This document shows, one piece after another, positions 42,392 through 53,442 of a stretch of 60,101 nucleotides of DNA. The notes beneath the pieces are model-generated. The model saw nothing but the letters and a program-made list of their open reading frames with translations, was not told the origin of the DNA and searched no databases. Position numbers and translations under genes: made by a program. Position 1 is the first letter of the stretch; every line of letters starts with the position of its first letter. Source of the DNA: Candidatus Nanopelagicales bacterium (GTDB lineage Bacteria; Actinomycetota; Actinomycetes; S36-B12); contig JBDNFH010000127.1 of NCBI GenBank assembly GCA_041689915.1, forward strand, positions 1 through 60,101. The letters are read 5' to 3'.

Positions 42392-43810
42392 TCACTCACC
42401 AGCGAGCCCTGGTTCACGTTCCTGCAGTCTTTCGACGACTTCAGTAGCAATCAAACCAATATCTCCCGCACCTAAAGTCATGATGATGTCGCCGTTACGC
42501 GCGTCACTAACCAAGTCTTGGGCAACCGCAGACCATGAGGGTTCAAAAATTACGCAATCCGGGGCAAGTGGAACATGTGCGGCCATGGTTTGGCCGCTAG
42601 CTCCAGGGATCGGGGTCTCTCCCGGGGCGAAAACCTCTAAGACTACTACTTTGTCAGCCAAACCAAGGGCTGCACCAAACTCCTTGGAAAACAGTGCGGT
42701 CCGGTAATAGTGATGTGCTTGAAAGGCCACAATCAACTGACCTTCACCCACCAGCTCACGCGCAGCTCGAAGCGTCGCGGTGATCTCGGTGGGGTGGTGG
42801 GCATAGTCGTCATAGACGCGCACTCCACCCGCTTCACCTTTGAAATCAAATCGGCGCCGCGTGCCACTGAATTTACTCAAGCCCTCGATCCCCTGTTGCC
42901 CGGTGTAACCCATCCCAATCATGGTGACGAGAACGGCTTGCGCATTCAGTGCATTGTGGCGTCCAAATACCTGAAGTTGCACCCGCCCTAAGCGCACGCC
43001 CTCATGTGCAGTGTCAAAACTCCAACCAGACGAAGACGGCTGCATGTCCACCATGTGAAAATCCGCTTCAGGGCTTTCACCATAAGTGCGAATATCAACT
43101 CCCGCGGATCGACCTCGCTCAACAAGGCGTGCCGCACCAAGGTCATCAATGCATGCGACTAAAAATCCGTCTCGGTCTCTTATCGCTAGAGCGAAGTCAA
43201 AGAAAGCTTGCTCAATAGCGTCGAATGTCCCCCAGTAGTCAAGGTGATCCGCCTCAATATTTGTCACAATGGCAATGCTTGGGTTGAGTTCCAGAAATGC
43301 TCCATCACTTTCGTCGGCTTCAACCACGAAGAGGTTTCCGGTACCTAAATGTGCATTGGCGCCGCTCTCATTGAGTTCACTTCCAATTGCAAATGAAGGA
43401 TCTGCTCCCGCATGCTGAAGTGCTACGGTGATCATTGAAGTTGTCGTAGTTTTTCCGTGCGTACCAGTCACCGCCACACCGGTAAATCCGCTCATGATTG
43501 CAGATAAGGCTTCGGCACGGTTCAACACACGTTTACCGCTTCGTATGGCCTCAATGCGTTCAGGATTATTCGCAGGGATGGCCGTTGAAAGAATAAGCGT
43601 GTCAATTTCACCCACATGTTCGGGATCGTGACCGATCATGGTGTCCACTCCAACGGCACCTAACGCAGCAAGTCGGCGCGAGTCTTTTACATCGCATCCG
43701 CTGACTTGCACACCACGCGCTGCCAGGATTCGAGCGATCCCAGACATTCCGGCGCCACCAATCCCAACTACGTGCACCCGACCTAAATTCTGCAAATTCA
43801 CGTTCAACAT
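42392..43810 (-). CDS. murC: UDP-N-acetylmuramate--L-alanine ligase
   Basis: I set the start at the ATG at 43810 (MLNVNLQNLGRVHVVGIGGAGMSGIA), preceded by the SD AAAAAGGAG. The track start at 43879 would overlap murG. GTHGKTTT is present. Confidence 0.94.
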   Translation of the reverse strand: MLNVNLQNLGRVHVVGIGGAGMSGIARILAARGVQVSGCDVKDSRRLAALGAVGVDTMIGHDPEHVGEIDTLILSTAIPANNPERIEAIRSGKRVLNRAEALSAIMSGFTGVAVTGTHGKTTTTSMITVALQHAGADPSFAIGSELNESGANAHLGTGNLFVVEADESDGAFLELNPSIAIVTNIEADHLDYWGTFDAIEQAFFDFALAIRDRDGFLVACIDDLGAARLVERGRSAGVDIRTYGESPEADFHMVDMQPSSSGWSFDTAHEGVRLGRVQLQVFGRHNALNAQAVLVTMIGMGYTGQQGIEGLSKFSGTRRRFDFKGEAGGVRVYDDYAHHPTEITATLRAARELVGEGQLIVAFQAHHYYRTALFSKEFGAALGLADKVVVLEVFAPGETPIPGASGQTMAAHVPLAPDCVIFEPSWSAVAQDLVSDARNGDIIMTLGAGDIGLIATEVVERLQEREPGLAGE

Positions 43811-43835
43811 CTCCTTTTTAACGTGAAAGCCAACT

Positions 43836-44912
43836 TCATGAACACGATAACCCCCAGCTCGCCAATTCCTTGGCAGCATTTGGTGAGTTCACCTCTTTCA
43901 TTACGGCTTCCATCTGGGCAAGTGTTTGCGAATTGGTAATCAGAGGCAATATTTCACTCACAATCATCTCTGGGCTAAAGTCCGAGTTTTGAAATTCAAC
44001 TGCCGCACCACTTTCAATCAATTTTCGAGCATTCCGCTTTTGCTCTCCGTTTCCAATGGGAAGGGGGACAAAAACTGCAGGAATACCCACCGTCGCGATC
44101 TCCGCAACGCTCATAGCGCCTGCCCTGGCGACAACTAAGTCAGCCGCACTATAGGCAAAATCCATGCGATGAATGAATGGCACTGGAAGGTAACGCGCAC
44201 CAGACCCGTCTTTGACTTCACTGCCGCAGCGGGGGTTCGCCGCGCCTACAGAATGCACAACACTCACTCCAGCCGCAAGTAACGTGGGCAACGCAGCTGC
44301 AATCGCGGAATTAATGGATTGCGCACCTTGGGAACCACCAAAAACCAGAAGAACTGGACCATTTTCCGGGAGGTTGAAAAACTCGCGGGCCATGATGCGA
44401 TTGTGATACCGGTCGAGGTTCACAATGTCTTCGCTCAGTGGCATCCCGATTATTCGCGCACCTGGGATCACTCCATCAAACATCGCAGCTACATTCGAAG
44501 TAAGTCGTGCACCCAATTTATTTGCAAGCCCTGCCGTTGAATTCGCTTCGTGAACGATTACACACAAACCCAAACTCTTTGCTGCCAAGTAGGCGGGCGC
44601 ACTGGCATATCCACCGAAGCCAATAACAACATCTGCTCTATTGTCTTTCATGAACTTACGAGCTAAATAGATGGAAGCAATGAATTTAGGGGTAAATGCA
44701 ATTGCTTGACCATTAAATTTTCTAGGGAAAGGTGCTGACGGCAGTAACTCAAGTGCAAGTCCAGTCGGTGGCACCAAAGTCGAGTCAAGTCCTCGATCCG
44801 TGCCCATGATTGTAACTTCGGCACTTGGATCTAGATCAAGAATGGCCCGTGCGGTGTTGATGGCCGGATACACATGACCAGCGCTTCCACCGGCAGCGAG
44901 TACAAATTTCAT
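43836..44912 (-). CDS. murG: Undecaprenyl-PP-MurNAc-pentapeptide GlcNAc transferase
   Basis: 358 aa with the motifs GGSAGHVYPA and FGGSQGAQ. Confidence 0.94.
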   Translation of the reverse strand: MKFVLAAGGSAGHVYPAINTARAILDLDPSAEVTIMGTDRGLDSTLVPPTGLALELLPSAPFPRKFNGQAIAFTPKFIASIYLARKFMKDNRADVVIGFGGYASAPAYLAAKSLGLCVIVHEANSTAGLANKLGARLTSNVAAMFDGVIPGARIIGMPLSEDIVNLDRYHNRIMAREFFNLPENGPVLLVFGGSQGAQSINSAIAAALPTLLAAGVSVVHSVGAANPRCGSEVKDGSGARYLPVPFIHRMDFAYSAADLVVARAGAMSVAEIATVGIPAVFVPLPIGNGEQKRNARKLIESGAAVEFQNSDFSPEMIVSEILPLITNSQTLAQMEAVMKEVNSPNAAKELASWGLSCS

Positions 44913-44941
44913 TGTGATCTTTCCCTAAGTCACATTACAAG

Positions 44942-46168
44942 TCAGCGTCTACGCATGGCGGAAGCTGTTTGCCTGCGCCGAATAATTCGGCGAGCGCCAG
45001 GTTCATTGCGAGCACACGCCAGCAACATTCCGATTGCGATCAAAGTTGGAATTAAAGATGAACCACCATAGGACACTAGCGGAAGTGGCACTCCTGTGAC
45101 AGGTAAGAGGCCAATCACCGCACCAATATTGACCACCGCTTGAATCACAATCCAAGAACCAACTCCGGCCGCGGCTAAACGTACAAATGGCTCCTGCGAA
45201 TTTTTACTTAGCCTGAAGATTGAGAACGCCAAAATCCCGAATAGCAGCAATACCGCGAACGTGCCGACCAACCCAAGTTCTTCGCCGATGACCGGGAAAA
45301 TAAAGTCCGTGTGCGCTTCGGGCAATGAGCCCCACTTCTCGCGGCTACCGCCAAGTCCGACACCCCATATTCCGCCAGTTCCCAGTGCATATTGACCCTG
45401 TGTTACTTGCCAACCAAACCCGAGTCGATCCGCATCAGGATTAAGCCAATTGGTGATTCGTTCCATGCGGTACGGCGCAGCAAGGGTCAACACCCACACC
45501 GCAAAAAGCCCAAAGCCACCGAACAGCGCGAAGAGTCGAACGGGAACTCCGGCTGAAAAAAGGATGCCGCACAGAATTGCCGCCAACATCAATGTATTTC
45601 CGAAGTCGCCCTCAAGCAAAACCAGGATCATCATGATTCCAGCAACCGGAACGATTGGTACCAAAATATTTTTCCACGTGGGAACATGGCGATCTTTACG
45701 CGTTAGCACTTCAGCGCCCCAAATCACAAGCGCTAATTTGGCAAACTCACTCGGCTGCAATCTAAACGGACCGAATATTTCAATCCAGTTTCGTTGTCCA
45801 GCAACTTCAACTCCAATAATCAGCACTGAAATCAGGAGTGCAAATGCAATCGCTAGAAATACCCATGCACTCTTGCGCCAGAACTGAATCGATGAACGAG
45901 CCGCAAAAATCAACGCAATTACTCCGCCAACAGCGAAAAGTGCCTGGCGCTGGGCGAGCGTGTAGGCCGATCCAAATACCCGAACACTCTCAACCGAAGA
46001 AGCGGAAAGCACCATGACCAGCCCAAGTCCGAGTAATAACAGCGTTGAACCCATGATCAAGTAGTACGTGCTCAATGGGTGTTCGGCTAGCAGGGCAAAT
46101 CGTGACTTTTTGTAGGCCTCGGTAATCTTGTGGAGCCCTCCGGATGCAGGTCGGGTAAGTAGTGACAT
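44942..46168 (-). CDS. ftsW: SEDS-family peptidoglycan glycosyltransferase FtsW
   Basis: 408 aa, a polytopic SEDS protein in the conserved murD-ftsW-murG position. It overlaps the murD stop by 1 nt. Confidence 0.93.
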   Translation of the reverse strand: MSLLTRPASGGLHKITEAYKKSRFALLAEHPLSTYYLIMGSTLLLLGLGLVMVLSASSVESVRVFGSAYTLAQRQALFAVGGVIALIFAARSSIQFWRKSAWVFLAIAFALLISVLIIGVEVAGQRNWIEIFGPFRLQPSEFAKLALVIWGAEVLTRKDRHVPTWKNILVPIVPVAGIMMILVLLEGDFGNTLMLAAILCGILFSAGVPVRLFALFGGFGLFAVWVLTLAAPYRMERITNWLNPDADRLGFGWQVTQGQYALGTGGIWGVGLGGSREKWGSLPEAHTDFIFPVIGEELGLVGTFAVLLLFGILAFSIFRLSKNSQEPFVRLAAAGVGSWIVIQAVVNIGAVIGLLPVTGVPLPLVSYGGSSLIPTLIAIGMLLACARNEPGARRIIRRRQTASAMRRR

Positions 46169-47631
46169 TAGCGGCCCAATTCATACATAACGGCGTTAGC
46201 GAAAACCTCACCGCGATGTGAATAGTCCGTAAACATGTCCCACGAGGCGCACCCTGGTGCGAGCAATACGGTGTCGCCGCTTACCGCCCGCTCATGTGCA
46301 ATCTGGACGGCCTCGTTCATGGCACTAGTCTCTCTAGTGGTCAGTGTGATTACTGGGACATTTGGTGCGTGTCGGGTGAGGGCATCGGCAATCGTCTGTG
46401 CATCTGATCCCAACACAATGGCCAATTTGATCCGATCAGCATGGGCCAGCACAAGCTCACCAAAATCTTGCCCCTTAGCAAGTCCCCCAGCTATCCAAAT
46501 AACCGACGGGTAAGAGGAAAGGGATTTATGGGCTGCATGTGCATTAGTGGCTTTTGAGTCATCAATGTAGGTGACACCTCGGTCGCTGGCAACCATGGAG
46601 TTTCGGTGCGGAGCCGGAACAAAATTGCGTAGGCCATCTCGCACTGCCGTCGGTGAGACACGATTTTGATCACCGGCATTAAAAACGCCGAAGGCCCGAG
46701 CCAATGCTGAGGCAGCAAGTGCATTTTCAGTATTGTGTTCAGCAGCAGGATGAATGTCTGACACAAGTGCCAACTCTTGGGCGTAGTCCAGGCGATTGGG
46801 TATAAATGCACGATCAACGAGTGCGCCGTCAACCACGCCTAACTCACTCAAACCTGGAATGCCACGCGTGAAACCGACCGCACGACAACCTTCCAGTACA
46901 TCGGCTGATTCGACCATGAACAACGTGGCATCTTCATGGCCGTTGTATACCGCCGCATACTGGGTTCGTTCATAAATGCGAGCTTTGGCTTTCGCATATC
47001 GATCAAAATCTCCGAAATGGTCAACATGATCGGGCGCGATATTAAGGCAGACCGATGCCCATGGACTGATGCTGTGAACGAATGGCAACTGTGGGGCGCC
47101 TACTTCAACGGCAATTACGTCAAGTTCGTCATGCATCACCACTCCTACGAGTGAGTGACCAATATTTCCCGCGGCCTCACTGCGCAATCCCGCAGCGTGC
47201 AGAATCGAGTTCAGCATGAGCGTCATAGTGGTCTTTCCATTGGTCCCAGTTACGCACAACCACTGCGCAGCACCACTTTTCGGGCGGATCCTCCATGCCA
47301 ATTCGAGTTCACCCCAAATGGGGATTCCTTTGAGGTCTGCCTGTCTGTGGAAATGATGCTGCGGTGGCAATCCGGGTGAAGTCACCACTAAATCCAAACT
47401 TTCCTCTGGCAGTTCGCTAGCTTCAAGGAAAATCGAAGCGCCCAGGGAACCAAGAATATTGGCTCGTTCACTCACTTCATCAGTTGATGAAGAATCAGTA
47501 ATGCTCACTTGCGCGCCAAGCTGCATGAGGGCATCAGCTGCGGCGAAACCAGCTACCCCCAGTCCCAACACACCTACGCGAAGTGACGACCAGTTTGCAT
47601 CACGTGATGTGAATTCATCAAGTTTATGCAT
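46168..47631 (-). CDS. murD: UDP-N-acetylmuramoylalanine--D-glutamate ligase
   Basis: I set the start at the ATG at 47631 (MHKLDEF...VGVLGLGVAG), which forms an ATGA overlap with the mraY stop. The track start at 47730 lies inside mraY. GTNGKTT is present. Confidence 0.93.
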   Translation of the reverse strand: MHKLDEFTSRDANWSSLRVGVLGLGVAGFAAADALMQLGAQVSITDSSSTDEVSERANILGSLGASIFLEASELPEESLDLVVTSPGLPPQHHFHRQADLKGIPIWGELELAWRIRPKSGAAQWLCVTGTNGKTTMTLMLNSILHAAGLRSEAAGNIGHSLVGVVMHDELDVIAVEVGAPQLPFVHSISPWASVCLNIAPDHVDHFGDFDRYAKAKARIYERTQYAAVYNGHEDATLFMVESADVLEGCRAVGFTRGIPGLSELGVVDGALVDRAFIPNRLDYAQELALVSDIHPAAEHNTENALAASALARAFGVFNAGDQNRVSPTAVRDGLRNFVPAPHRNSMVASDRGVTYIDDSKATNAHAAHKSLSSYPSVIWIAGGLAKGQDFGELVLAHADRIKLAIVLGSDAQTIADALTRHAPNVPVITLTTRETSAMNEAVQIAHERAVSGDTVLLAPGCASWDMFTDYSHRGEVFANAVMYELGR

Positions 47632-48698
47632 CAGGCTCGAACCCATTCTGCATAAAAAATGGTAAGTCCGGCACCGATGCACAGCCCCTGAATGATCCAG
47701 AACCGCACCACGATTTGGATCTCGGGCCAACCGAGCATTTCGAAATGATGATGCAAAGGTGCCATCCGGAATATTCGCTTACCGGTTAATTTATAGGATC
47801 CAACTTGCCCAATCACGGACAAAGCTGTGATCAGGAATAACCCTGCGATAAGTGGCAGCAACAGTTCCGTGCGAGTGAGGACTGCTAAGCCCGCAATTCC
47901 GCCACCCAGGGCTAGCGAACCGGTATCTCCCATGAAAATCCGGGCAGGGGAAGTGTTAAACCACAGAAAACCAAAACTTGCCCCAGCCGTGGCAGCAGCA
48001 ACCATTGCAAGATCAAGTGGATTTTGTGTGTTGTAACAAAACTCGGTAAAGTCGAATGCGCAATTTTGCCCGTATTGCCAAATTGCGAGCAGTACATAAG
48101 CCAAGAAACTCATGATAGCCGCACCAACGGCAAGTCCGTCAAGGCCGTCTGTGAGATTGACTCCGTTTGTTGTCGCGGTCACTAGGAACCACACCCACAG
48201 CAAGAATAGCCCCAAGGGTAAAACGATACTCGTGTCACGAACAAAGGAAATTGCCATAGATGCCGCTGTATTCCCTGATGCGTCAGGGAATTGAACCGAC
48301 AAATACGCAAAGGAAAATGCTACGACCGCTTGACCGATCAACTTTGTCCGCGCCCTGAGTCCGGTACTTCTTTGCTTGAAAACTTTTAAATAGTCGTCGG
48401 CCATACCGACTAGACCCAGACCAACCATGAGGTAGAGGACAAGGAGTGCCGAAATAGAAACTGGTCGCCAGGTGAACAAATGCGTAAGAAAATATCCCGC
48501 GAGTACTGCAACGATAATGGCAAGGCCGCCCATGGACGGAGTTCCGCGCTTTCCCTCGTGCGCGGGATACAACATGCCTTCTTGTGACGCGCGAATTGCT
48601 TGGGAATACCCGTGCTTGCGGAGTAAATTGATCAGCAATGGGGTTCCGAGAAACGAAATTAAGGTCGCAATTGCACCCGCAATAACGACTAGCCTCAT
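47631..48698 (-). CDS. mraY: Phospho-N-acetylmuramoyl-pentapeptide transferase
   Basis: 355 aa with the motifs NGVNLTDGLDGLA and HHHFE. Confidence 0.95.
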   Translation of the reverse strand: MRLVVIAGAIATLISFLGTPLLINLLRKHGYSQAIRASQEGMLYPAHEGKRGTPSMGGLAIIVAVLAGYFLTHLFTWRPVSISALLVLYLMVGLGLVGMADDYLKVFKQRSTGLRARTKLIGQAVVAFSFAYLSVQFPDASGNTAASMAISFVRDTSIVLPLGLFLLWVWFLVTATTNGVNLTDGLDGLAVGAAIMSFLAYVLLAIWQYGQNCAFDFTEFCYNTQNPLDLAMVAAATAGASFGFLWFNTSPARIFMGDTGSLALGGGIAGLAVLTRTELLLPLIAGLFLITALSVIGQVGSYKLTGKRIFRMAPLHHHFEMLGWPEIQIVVRFWIIQGLCIGAGLTIFYAEWVRA

Positions 48699-50161
48699 GT
48701 GGTTCCCTGCTCTCGATGAGTCTCTGAATCAAAATCCTTTGCGACACTACTGAATGAAAGCTCAAGAATCTCACCTGCCACGCGGTCAAGCCCGATAGAT
48801 CGTGATGCTTTTACTAACACAATGTCACCTGGTTCTAACTCTCTCGCCAGTAAAGTCATAGCGTCATCTATGTCAGAAACCCACACAGACTCTTTACCCC
48901 ACGACCCTTCATTGACAGCCGCCAAGTGCATAACTTTGGTGCCAGAACCGACGCACACCAAGCGGGAAATATCGAGCCGCACGGCCAATCGTCCGATTGC
49001 ATCATGCGCGTCCACGGCATATTCTCCCAACTCCCGCATCTCCCCCAAAATCGCCCACGTACGACGACGAGGCTCACTCGAACCCAATTGAGCAAGCGTC
49101 TTGAGGGCTGCACGCATGGATTCAGGATTCGCGTTATAAGAGTCGTTGATCACGGTTACGCCATTTACAGCATCCGTGACTTCCATGCGCCACTTACTAA
49201 TCACACTCACATTACCGAGAAACTGGCACGCAGTTTCAAAAGGAACTCCCGCCGCGACACTGGCACTAACAGCAGCTAATGCATTACTTACATAGTGCCG
49301 ACCAATTACTTTCACATGTGCAACGCGTGAAACTCCTTGATAAGTGATTAAGAAACGAGTCGTTCCATCAAGCTCAACATTCACTTCGCTGGCAAGAAAG
49401 TCACTGCCCTGCGTCTCACCAAAGGTAAAGATTGAGCAGTGGAGTGACTCGCTCATCTTTGCTACAAGCGGATCATCTTGATTAAGGATCGCAATTCCAG
49501 ATGCAGGCAATGCGTGGACCAATTCGCTTTTTGCGAGGGCAATATTCTCCACGCTGCCCAACAGTTCAATATGCGCTGAGCCAACATTAATAACAACACC
49601 AATATCCGGCTCTGCTATCTCGGCAAGGGTCGCAATATGACCCATCCCACGCGTCCCCATTTCCAAGACAAGGAATTGAGTATGAATATCGGCGCTGAGA
49701 ATTGTTAGAGGTAGTCCTACTTCAGTATTGAATGAGCCTGGTGGGGCAACACTTTCACCGAACTGTCCTAAAATTCCAGCGAGCAAATCTTTCGTTGAAG
49801 TCTTCCCGCTAGAACCGGTGACACCGATCACTTGAGCATTCAAAATATTTACTCGAACCCAGTGAGCAATCTGAGCTAAGGCACTCAATGGGTCTAGAAC
49901 CCGAAGGACCGGCAATCCGGCGGGGATTGATTTTATCGAGTCTGTCGCAACGATCGCCAATGCTGCTACGGAGGCATGTACAGATTCCAATAAATCATGT
50001 CCGTCGACCCGTTCACCAACGAGTGCGACGAAAACTCCGTTGTGAATTGGGCTACGCGAATCTACGTAAAACCCTGGAACGCTAAAGACCCGTGCTTGGT
50101 CGCAACCAGATAGCGTGCCACCGGTAATTACTTCAAGTTGTTGTCCGGTGAAATCAATCAT
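48695..50161 (-). CDS. murF: UDP-MurNAc-tripeptide--D-alanyl-D-alanine ligase
   Basis: I set the start at the ATG at 50161 (MIDFTGQQLE...), an 8-nt overlap with the murE stop. The track start at 50335 lies inside murE. GVTGSSGKTSTK is present. Confidence 0.92.
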   Translation of the reverse strand: MIDFTGQQLEVITGGTLSGCDQARVFSVPGFYVDSRSPIHNGVFVALVGERVDGHDLLESVHASVAALAIVATDSIKSIPAGLPVLRVLDPLSALAQIAHWVRVNILNAQVIGVTGSSGKTSTKDLLAGILGQFGESVAPPGSFNTEVGLPLTILSADIHTQFLVLEMGTRGMGHIATLAEIAEPDIGVVINVGSAHIELLGSVENIALAKSELVHALPASGIAILNQDDPLVAKMSESLHCSIFTFGETQGSDFLASEVNVELDGTTRFLITYQGVSRVAHVKVIGRHYVSNALAAVSASVAAGVPFETACQFLGNVSVISKWRMEVTDAVNGVTVINDSYNANPESMRAALKTLAQLGSSEPRRRTWAILGEMRELGEYAVDAHDAIGRLAVRLDISRLVCVGSGTKVMHLAAVNEGSWGKESVWVSDIDDAMTLLARELEPGDIVLVKASRSIGLDRVAGEILELSFSSVAKDFDSETHREQGTT

Positions 50162-51650
50162 GTGAACTCCCACCTTGTAGCAACTCGGCAACAACATCAA
50201 TATCGCTGAACGCAATCGAGCGACCCATAATCTCTTGTCCGCGCTCATGACCTTTGCCCAGTATCGCGACGACATCGTGATCACTTGCCAATTGCAGTGC
50301 CCGAGCGATCGCTTCGCGCCTGTCCCCAACTTCAATCACGTGAGTGTCAGAAATTTCCGAGGCGCCCGCAATTAGTTGCCTGCGGATTTCCGCTGGATCC
50401 TCCGAGCGCGGATTGTCATCAGTGATGATGAATACGTCCGACAGGCTGGCGCTCACCCGACCCATTTCCGCACGCTTGCTCGCATCCCGATCTCCACCTG
50501 CACCCAAAACAGTGATAATTTGACCGCCACATTCACTTTTCACACCGGTCAAAAATTCACGGATGGAGTCAGGCGAGTGGGCATAGTCAACAAAAATTGA
50601 AACATCAAGAACTTTGCCTACCAACTCTCCTCTACCAGGCACCTTGGCCTGGCAAACCGCCTCGACAACTTTGGTACCACGAATACCTACTCGATCTAAT
50701 ATCGCCAATGCCAATGCCGCATTCAGTGCGTTAATCATTCCTGGCATTGCCAGAGGGTCAAGTCTCACTTCACCGCGTGGTCCCCTGAGTATCCAAGACG
50801 AAGTGCCCGAGTTTTGGCTGAGCTTCCAGTCCGGTGTTCCTACCGTTCCCACCGATTCACAAGGAATCGAGACTTTTTCGCACAACTCCACTCCCCATGG
50901 GCTATCCGTGCAAATCAACGCCGTCCTGGCAAATTCTGGGGTAAAGAGTTGTGCTTTGGCTGCAAAATACTCGGCCATTGAGTCGTGGTAGTCAAGATGG
51001 TCGTGTGAAAGATTTGTAAATCCAACACAGTCAAATTCCAATCCGTTAACCCGGTGCTCCGACAACGCGATGCTCGAGACTTCCACGGCGACTAGTTTCA
51101 CACCTGCAGCTTTCATTCGTACTAAAGTGCGAAAAAGATCAGGCGCCTCTGGTGTTGTCCGGACGCTCATAATTTCTTCACCGTCTATGACCGTGGCGAG
51201 AGTGCCGATCAATCCCGCACTGATTCCTACCGCGCGTGCAACTTGATAGATCATGCTGGTCGTCGTGCTTTTCCCATTTGTTCCGGTCACTCCGATCAAG
51301 TGAATGTCTGCAGCAGGATCGCCATATACCAATTTGCACACATCACCAAGGCAAGCCCTTGGATCGCTAACCTGCATGACAGGGATTTCGATCGGAAAAT
51401 CACATTTATCCAGCAATTGGATTCCCAAGGAATCGGTCAAGATCGCTGATGCACCACGCTGCATGGCCTGCTCCACGAAGGTGGCACCATGCACCGATCG
51501 ACCTGGGAGCGCAGCAAAGAGCTCACCTTCGTTAATTGTTGTGGAATCCAGTGACACGCCGGTGACGCTTGCACCGGAATCTCCCAAGAGATCTGCGCCA
51601 ATGAGTGAAATAATCTCGACAACCGATGTCGAACCCACATTAACCTCCAA
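50154..51650 (-). CDS. murE: UDP-MurNAc-L-Ala-D-Glu--2,6-diaminopimelate ligase
   Basis: 498 aa with GVTGTNGKSTT. A DNPR motif (ITDDNPRSEDP) is usually associated with meso-DAP specificity. Confidence 0.93.
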   Translation of the reverse strand: MEVNVGSTSVVEIISLIGADLLGDSGASVTGVSLDSTTINEGELFAALPGRSVHGATFVEQAMQRGASAILTDSLGIQLLDKCDFPIEIPVMQVSDPRACLGDVCKLVYGDPAADIHLIGVTGTNGKSTTTSMIYQVARAVGISAGLIGTLATVIDGEEIMSVRTTPEAPDLFRTLVRMKAAGVKLVAVEVSSIALSEHRVNGLEFDCVGFTNLSHDHLDYHDSMAEYFAAKAQLFTPEFARTALICTDSPWGVELCEKVSIPCESVGTVGTPDWKLSQNSGTSSWILRGPRGEVRLDPLAMPGMINALNAALALAILDRVGIRGTKVVEAVCQAKVPGRGELVGKVLDVSIFVDYAHSPDSIREFLTGVKSECGGQIITVLGAGGDRDASKRAEMGRVSASLSDVFIITDDNPRSEDPAEIRRQLIAGASEISDTHVIEVGDRREAIARALQLASDHDVVAILGKGHERGQEIMGRSIAFSDIDVVAELLQGGSSHD

Positions 51651-53412
51651 AGGTCAATGCAAGTTTAGGTGCCTTTGATCCTGTTGGGGGAATCTCTAAG
51701 GCGCCTAGTGCGTAGCTCGACACCTTTTTGAACACTGGCGCGCCTAATTCTCCACCATAGCGGCCACTTTGTGGCTGAGAAATGAATACCGCGACAACAA
51801 GTCGTGGATTGTCTGCGGGAGCCATGCCAACAAAGGAAGCGATTACTTGATTGCTATAGCCGCCCGTGCGCGTGTCAACAACTTGGGCAGTTCCAGTCTT
51901 TCCACCAACTCGGTAGCCGGGAATTTTGGCATTCGTCGCTGTACCGCCCTCGCCAATAACACTCTCAAGCATTGCCCTCACTTGTTTGGCCGTATCGCGA
52001 GAGACAACACGTGTTGTCATCGGGGCTTTGGGCTCTTCAACACTTCCATCTTCGTGAATGATCGCCTTGACCAGCGAAGGCTCAACACGCAAACCGTCAT
52101 TAGCGATAGTTGAGAAAACGCTAGCAACTTGAACCGCATTCACGCTCAGCCCCTGACCGAATGCAATGGTCGGAAAAGACGTTGGCGACCAATCCTTGTG
52201 TTCGGGAACGAATCCACTAGTTTCACCCGGGAATCCCAAGCCAGTTGGTTGACCAATCCCAAACTTCTTAAGGTACTTGGAGAGTTTCTTCCCACCGATT
52301 CGCTCTGCCGCGAGGATGGTTCCAATATTGCTGGACTTAGCCATGACACCGTTTAAGGTGAGGTTCAGCATTCCATGCGGACTGGAATCATGAAAATCTT
52401 TGCCACCGCGTCGCAGCGAACCGGGGACTTTGATCGGCGTGTACGGAGTTGCTGCACCTTCATTAACTACAGCAGCCAAAGTCATGACTTTGCTTGTCGA
52501 ACCGGGCTCGAATGCCGAAGTCAACGGCCGGTTATTGAGATTCTTTTGTTCACTTTGGGTTGGATAGTTTGGGTCAAATGTAGGTGCGGTTGCCAGAGCC
52601 AAAATTTGACCACTTTGTGGATCCATAACGACAACGGTTCCGTCGCTTGCTCCAGCACTCTCAACCGCCTGCGCGATTGCTTTCTGCGCAAAGTATTGAA
52701 TATCTCGATCAATAGTGAGTTCAATGTCGACGCCAGCCTGGGCATCAACGCGAACCGATGCACCAGTTGGAATTGCTCGACCGCCCGGGCCGCGCTCAAA
52801 AGTTGCCTTGCCCGGTATCCCACTGAGTTGGTCATTGAATGCGTACTCGTATCCTCCAAGCCCAGATTCTTGCGCACCAACAAATCCAATGACGTTGGCT
52901 GCAAGGTCACCTGACGGATAGATTCGCCGAGACGTATCTTCACTGAACACGCCGGGAAGACGCAATGCCGAGATTTGCTCCCAGGTTTCTGGAGTAACTT
53001 CTTTAGCCAAATATATGAATCGTCTATCTCCGGTAAGACGCTTTGCCAAAATATCTGCATCGGCTCCCAAAATCGGAGAAAGAGCCTGGGCTACTACCGC
53101 GGGATCAGTGACCATTGTTTGATCCGCCGTCACATTTTTCGCTTCAACGGTAATGGCTAATGGCGCACCGGATGAATCCAAAATGGATCCACGTTCAGCT
53201 GGCAATTCAACCGTTCGAAGTCTTTGATCAAGGGCCGCCGATGCCAGCTCATTGCCTTGAACGGCCTGCAGATCGACAAGTCGCGCTGCAAAAATCATTA
53301 AAATTAGGGTCGAGACCAAAATAAGTGCAGTTCCACGTTTACGCGTATTGCCTAGATCAATCCGGGCTGAGCCGTAATCGCGAAAAGTGCGCCCACGCCT
53401 ATTTGTGCTCAT
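51640..53412 (-). CDS. ftsI: Division-specific class B penicillin-binding protein (FtsI/PBP3-like)
   Basis: 590 aa with an N-terminal TM, a PBP dimerisation domain and the transpeptidase motifs STSK, SSN and KTGT. Confidence 0.92.
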   Translation of the reverse strand: MSTNRRGRTFRDYGSARIDLGNTRKRGTALILVSTLILMIFAARLVDLQAVQGNELASAALDQRLRTVELPAERGSILDSSGAPLAITVEAKNVTADQTMVTDPAVVAQALSPILGADADILAKRLTGDRRFIYLAKEVTPETWEQISALRLPGVFSEDTSRRIYPSGDLAANVIGFVGAQESGLGGYEYAFNDQLSGIPGKATFERGPGGRAIPTGASVRVDAQAGVDIELTIDRDIQYFAQKAIAQAVESAGASDGTVVVMDPQSGQILALATAPTFDPNYPTQSEQKNLNNRPLTSAFEPGSTSKVMTLAAVVNEGAATPYTPIKVPGSLRRGGKDFHDSSPHGMLNLTLNGVMAKSSNIGTILAAERIGGKKLSKYLKKFGIGQPTGLGFPGETSGFVPEHKDWSPTSFPTIAFGQGLSVNAVQVASVFSTIANDGLRVEPSLVKAIIHEDGSVEEPKAPMTTRVVSRDTAKQVRAMLESVIGEGGTATNAKIPGYRVGGKTGTAQVVDTRTGGYSNQVIASFVGMAPADNPRLVVAVFISQPQSGRYGGELGAPVFKKVSSYALGALEIPPTGSKAPKLALTFGG

Positions 53413-53442
53413 GGATGCTGAACCCGTGACTTCATCAACTAC

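Noticed and set aside
43811-50335. The over-long starts given by the ORF track for murC (43879), murD (47730) and murF (50335), and likewise for ftsQ (42450).
   Set aside because: Each extension lies inside the upstream gene and lacks family similarity. The internal ATGs at 43810, 47631, 50161 and 42387 reproduce canonical N-termini and ATGA or short-overlap coupling.
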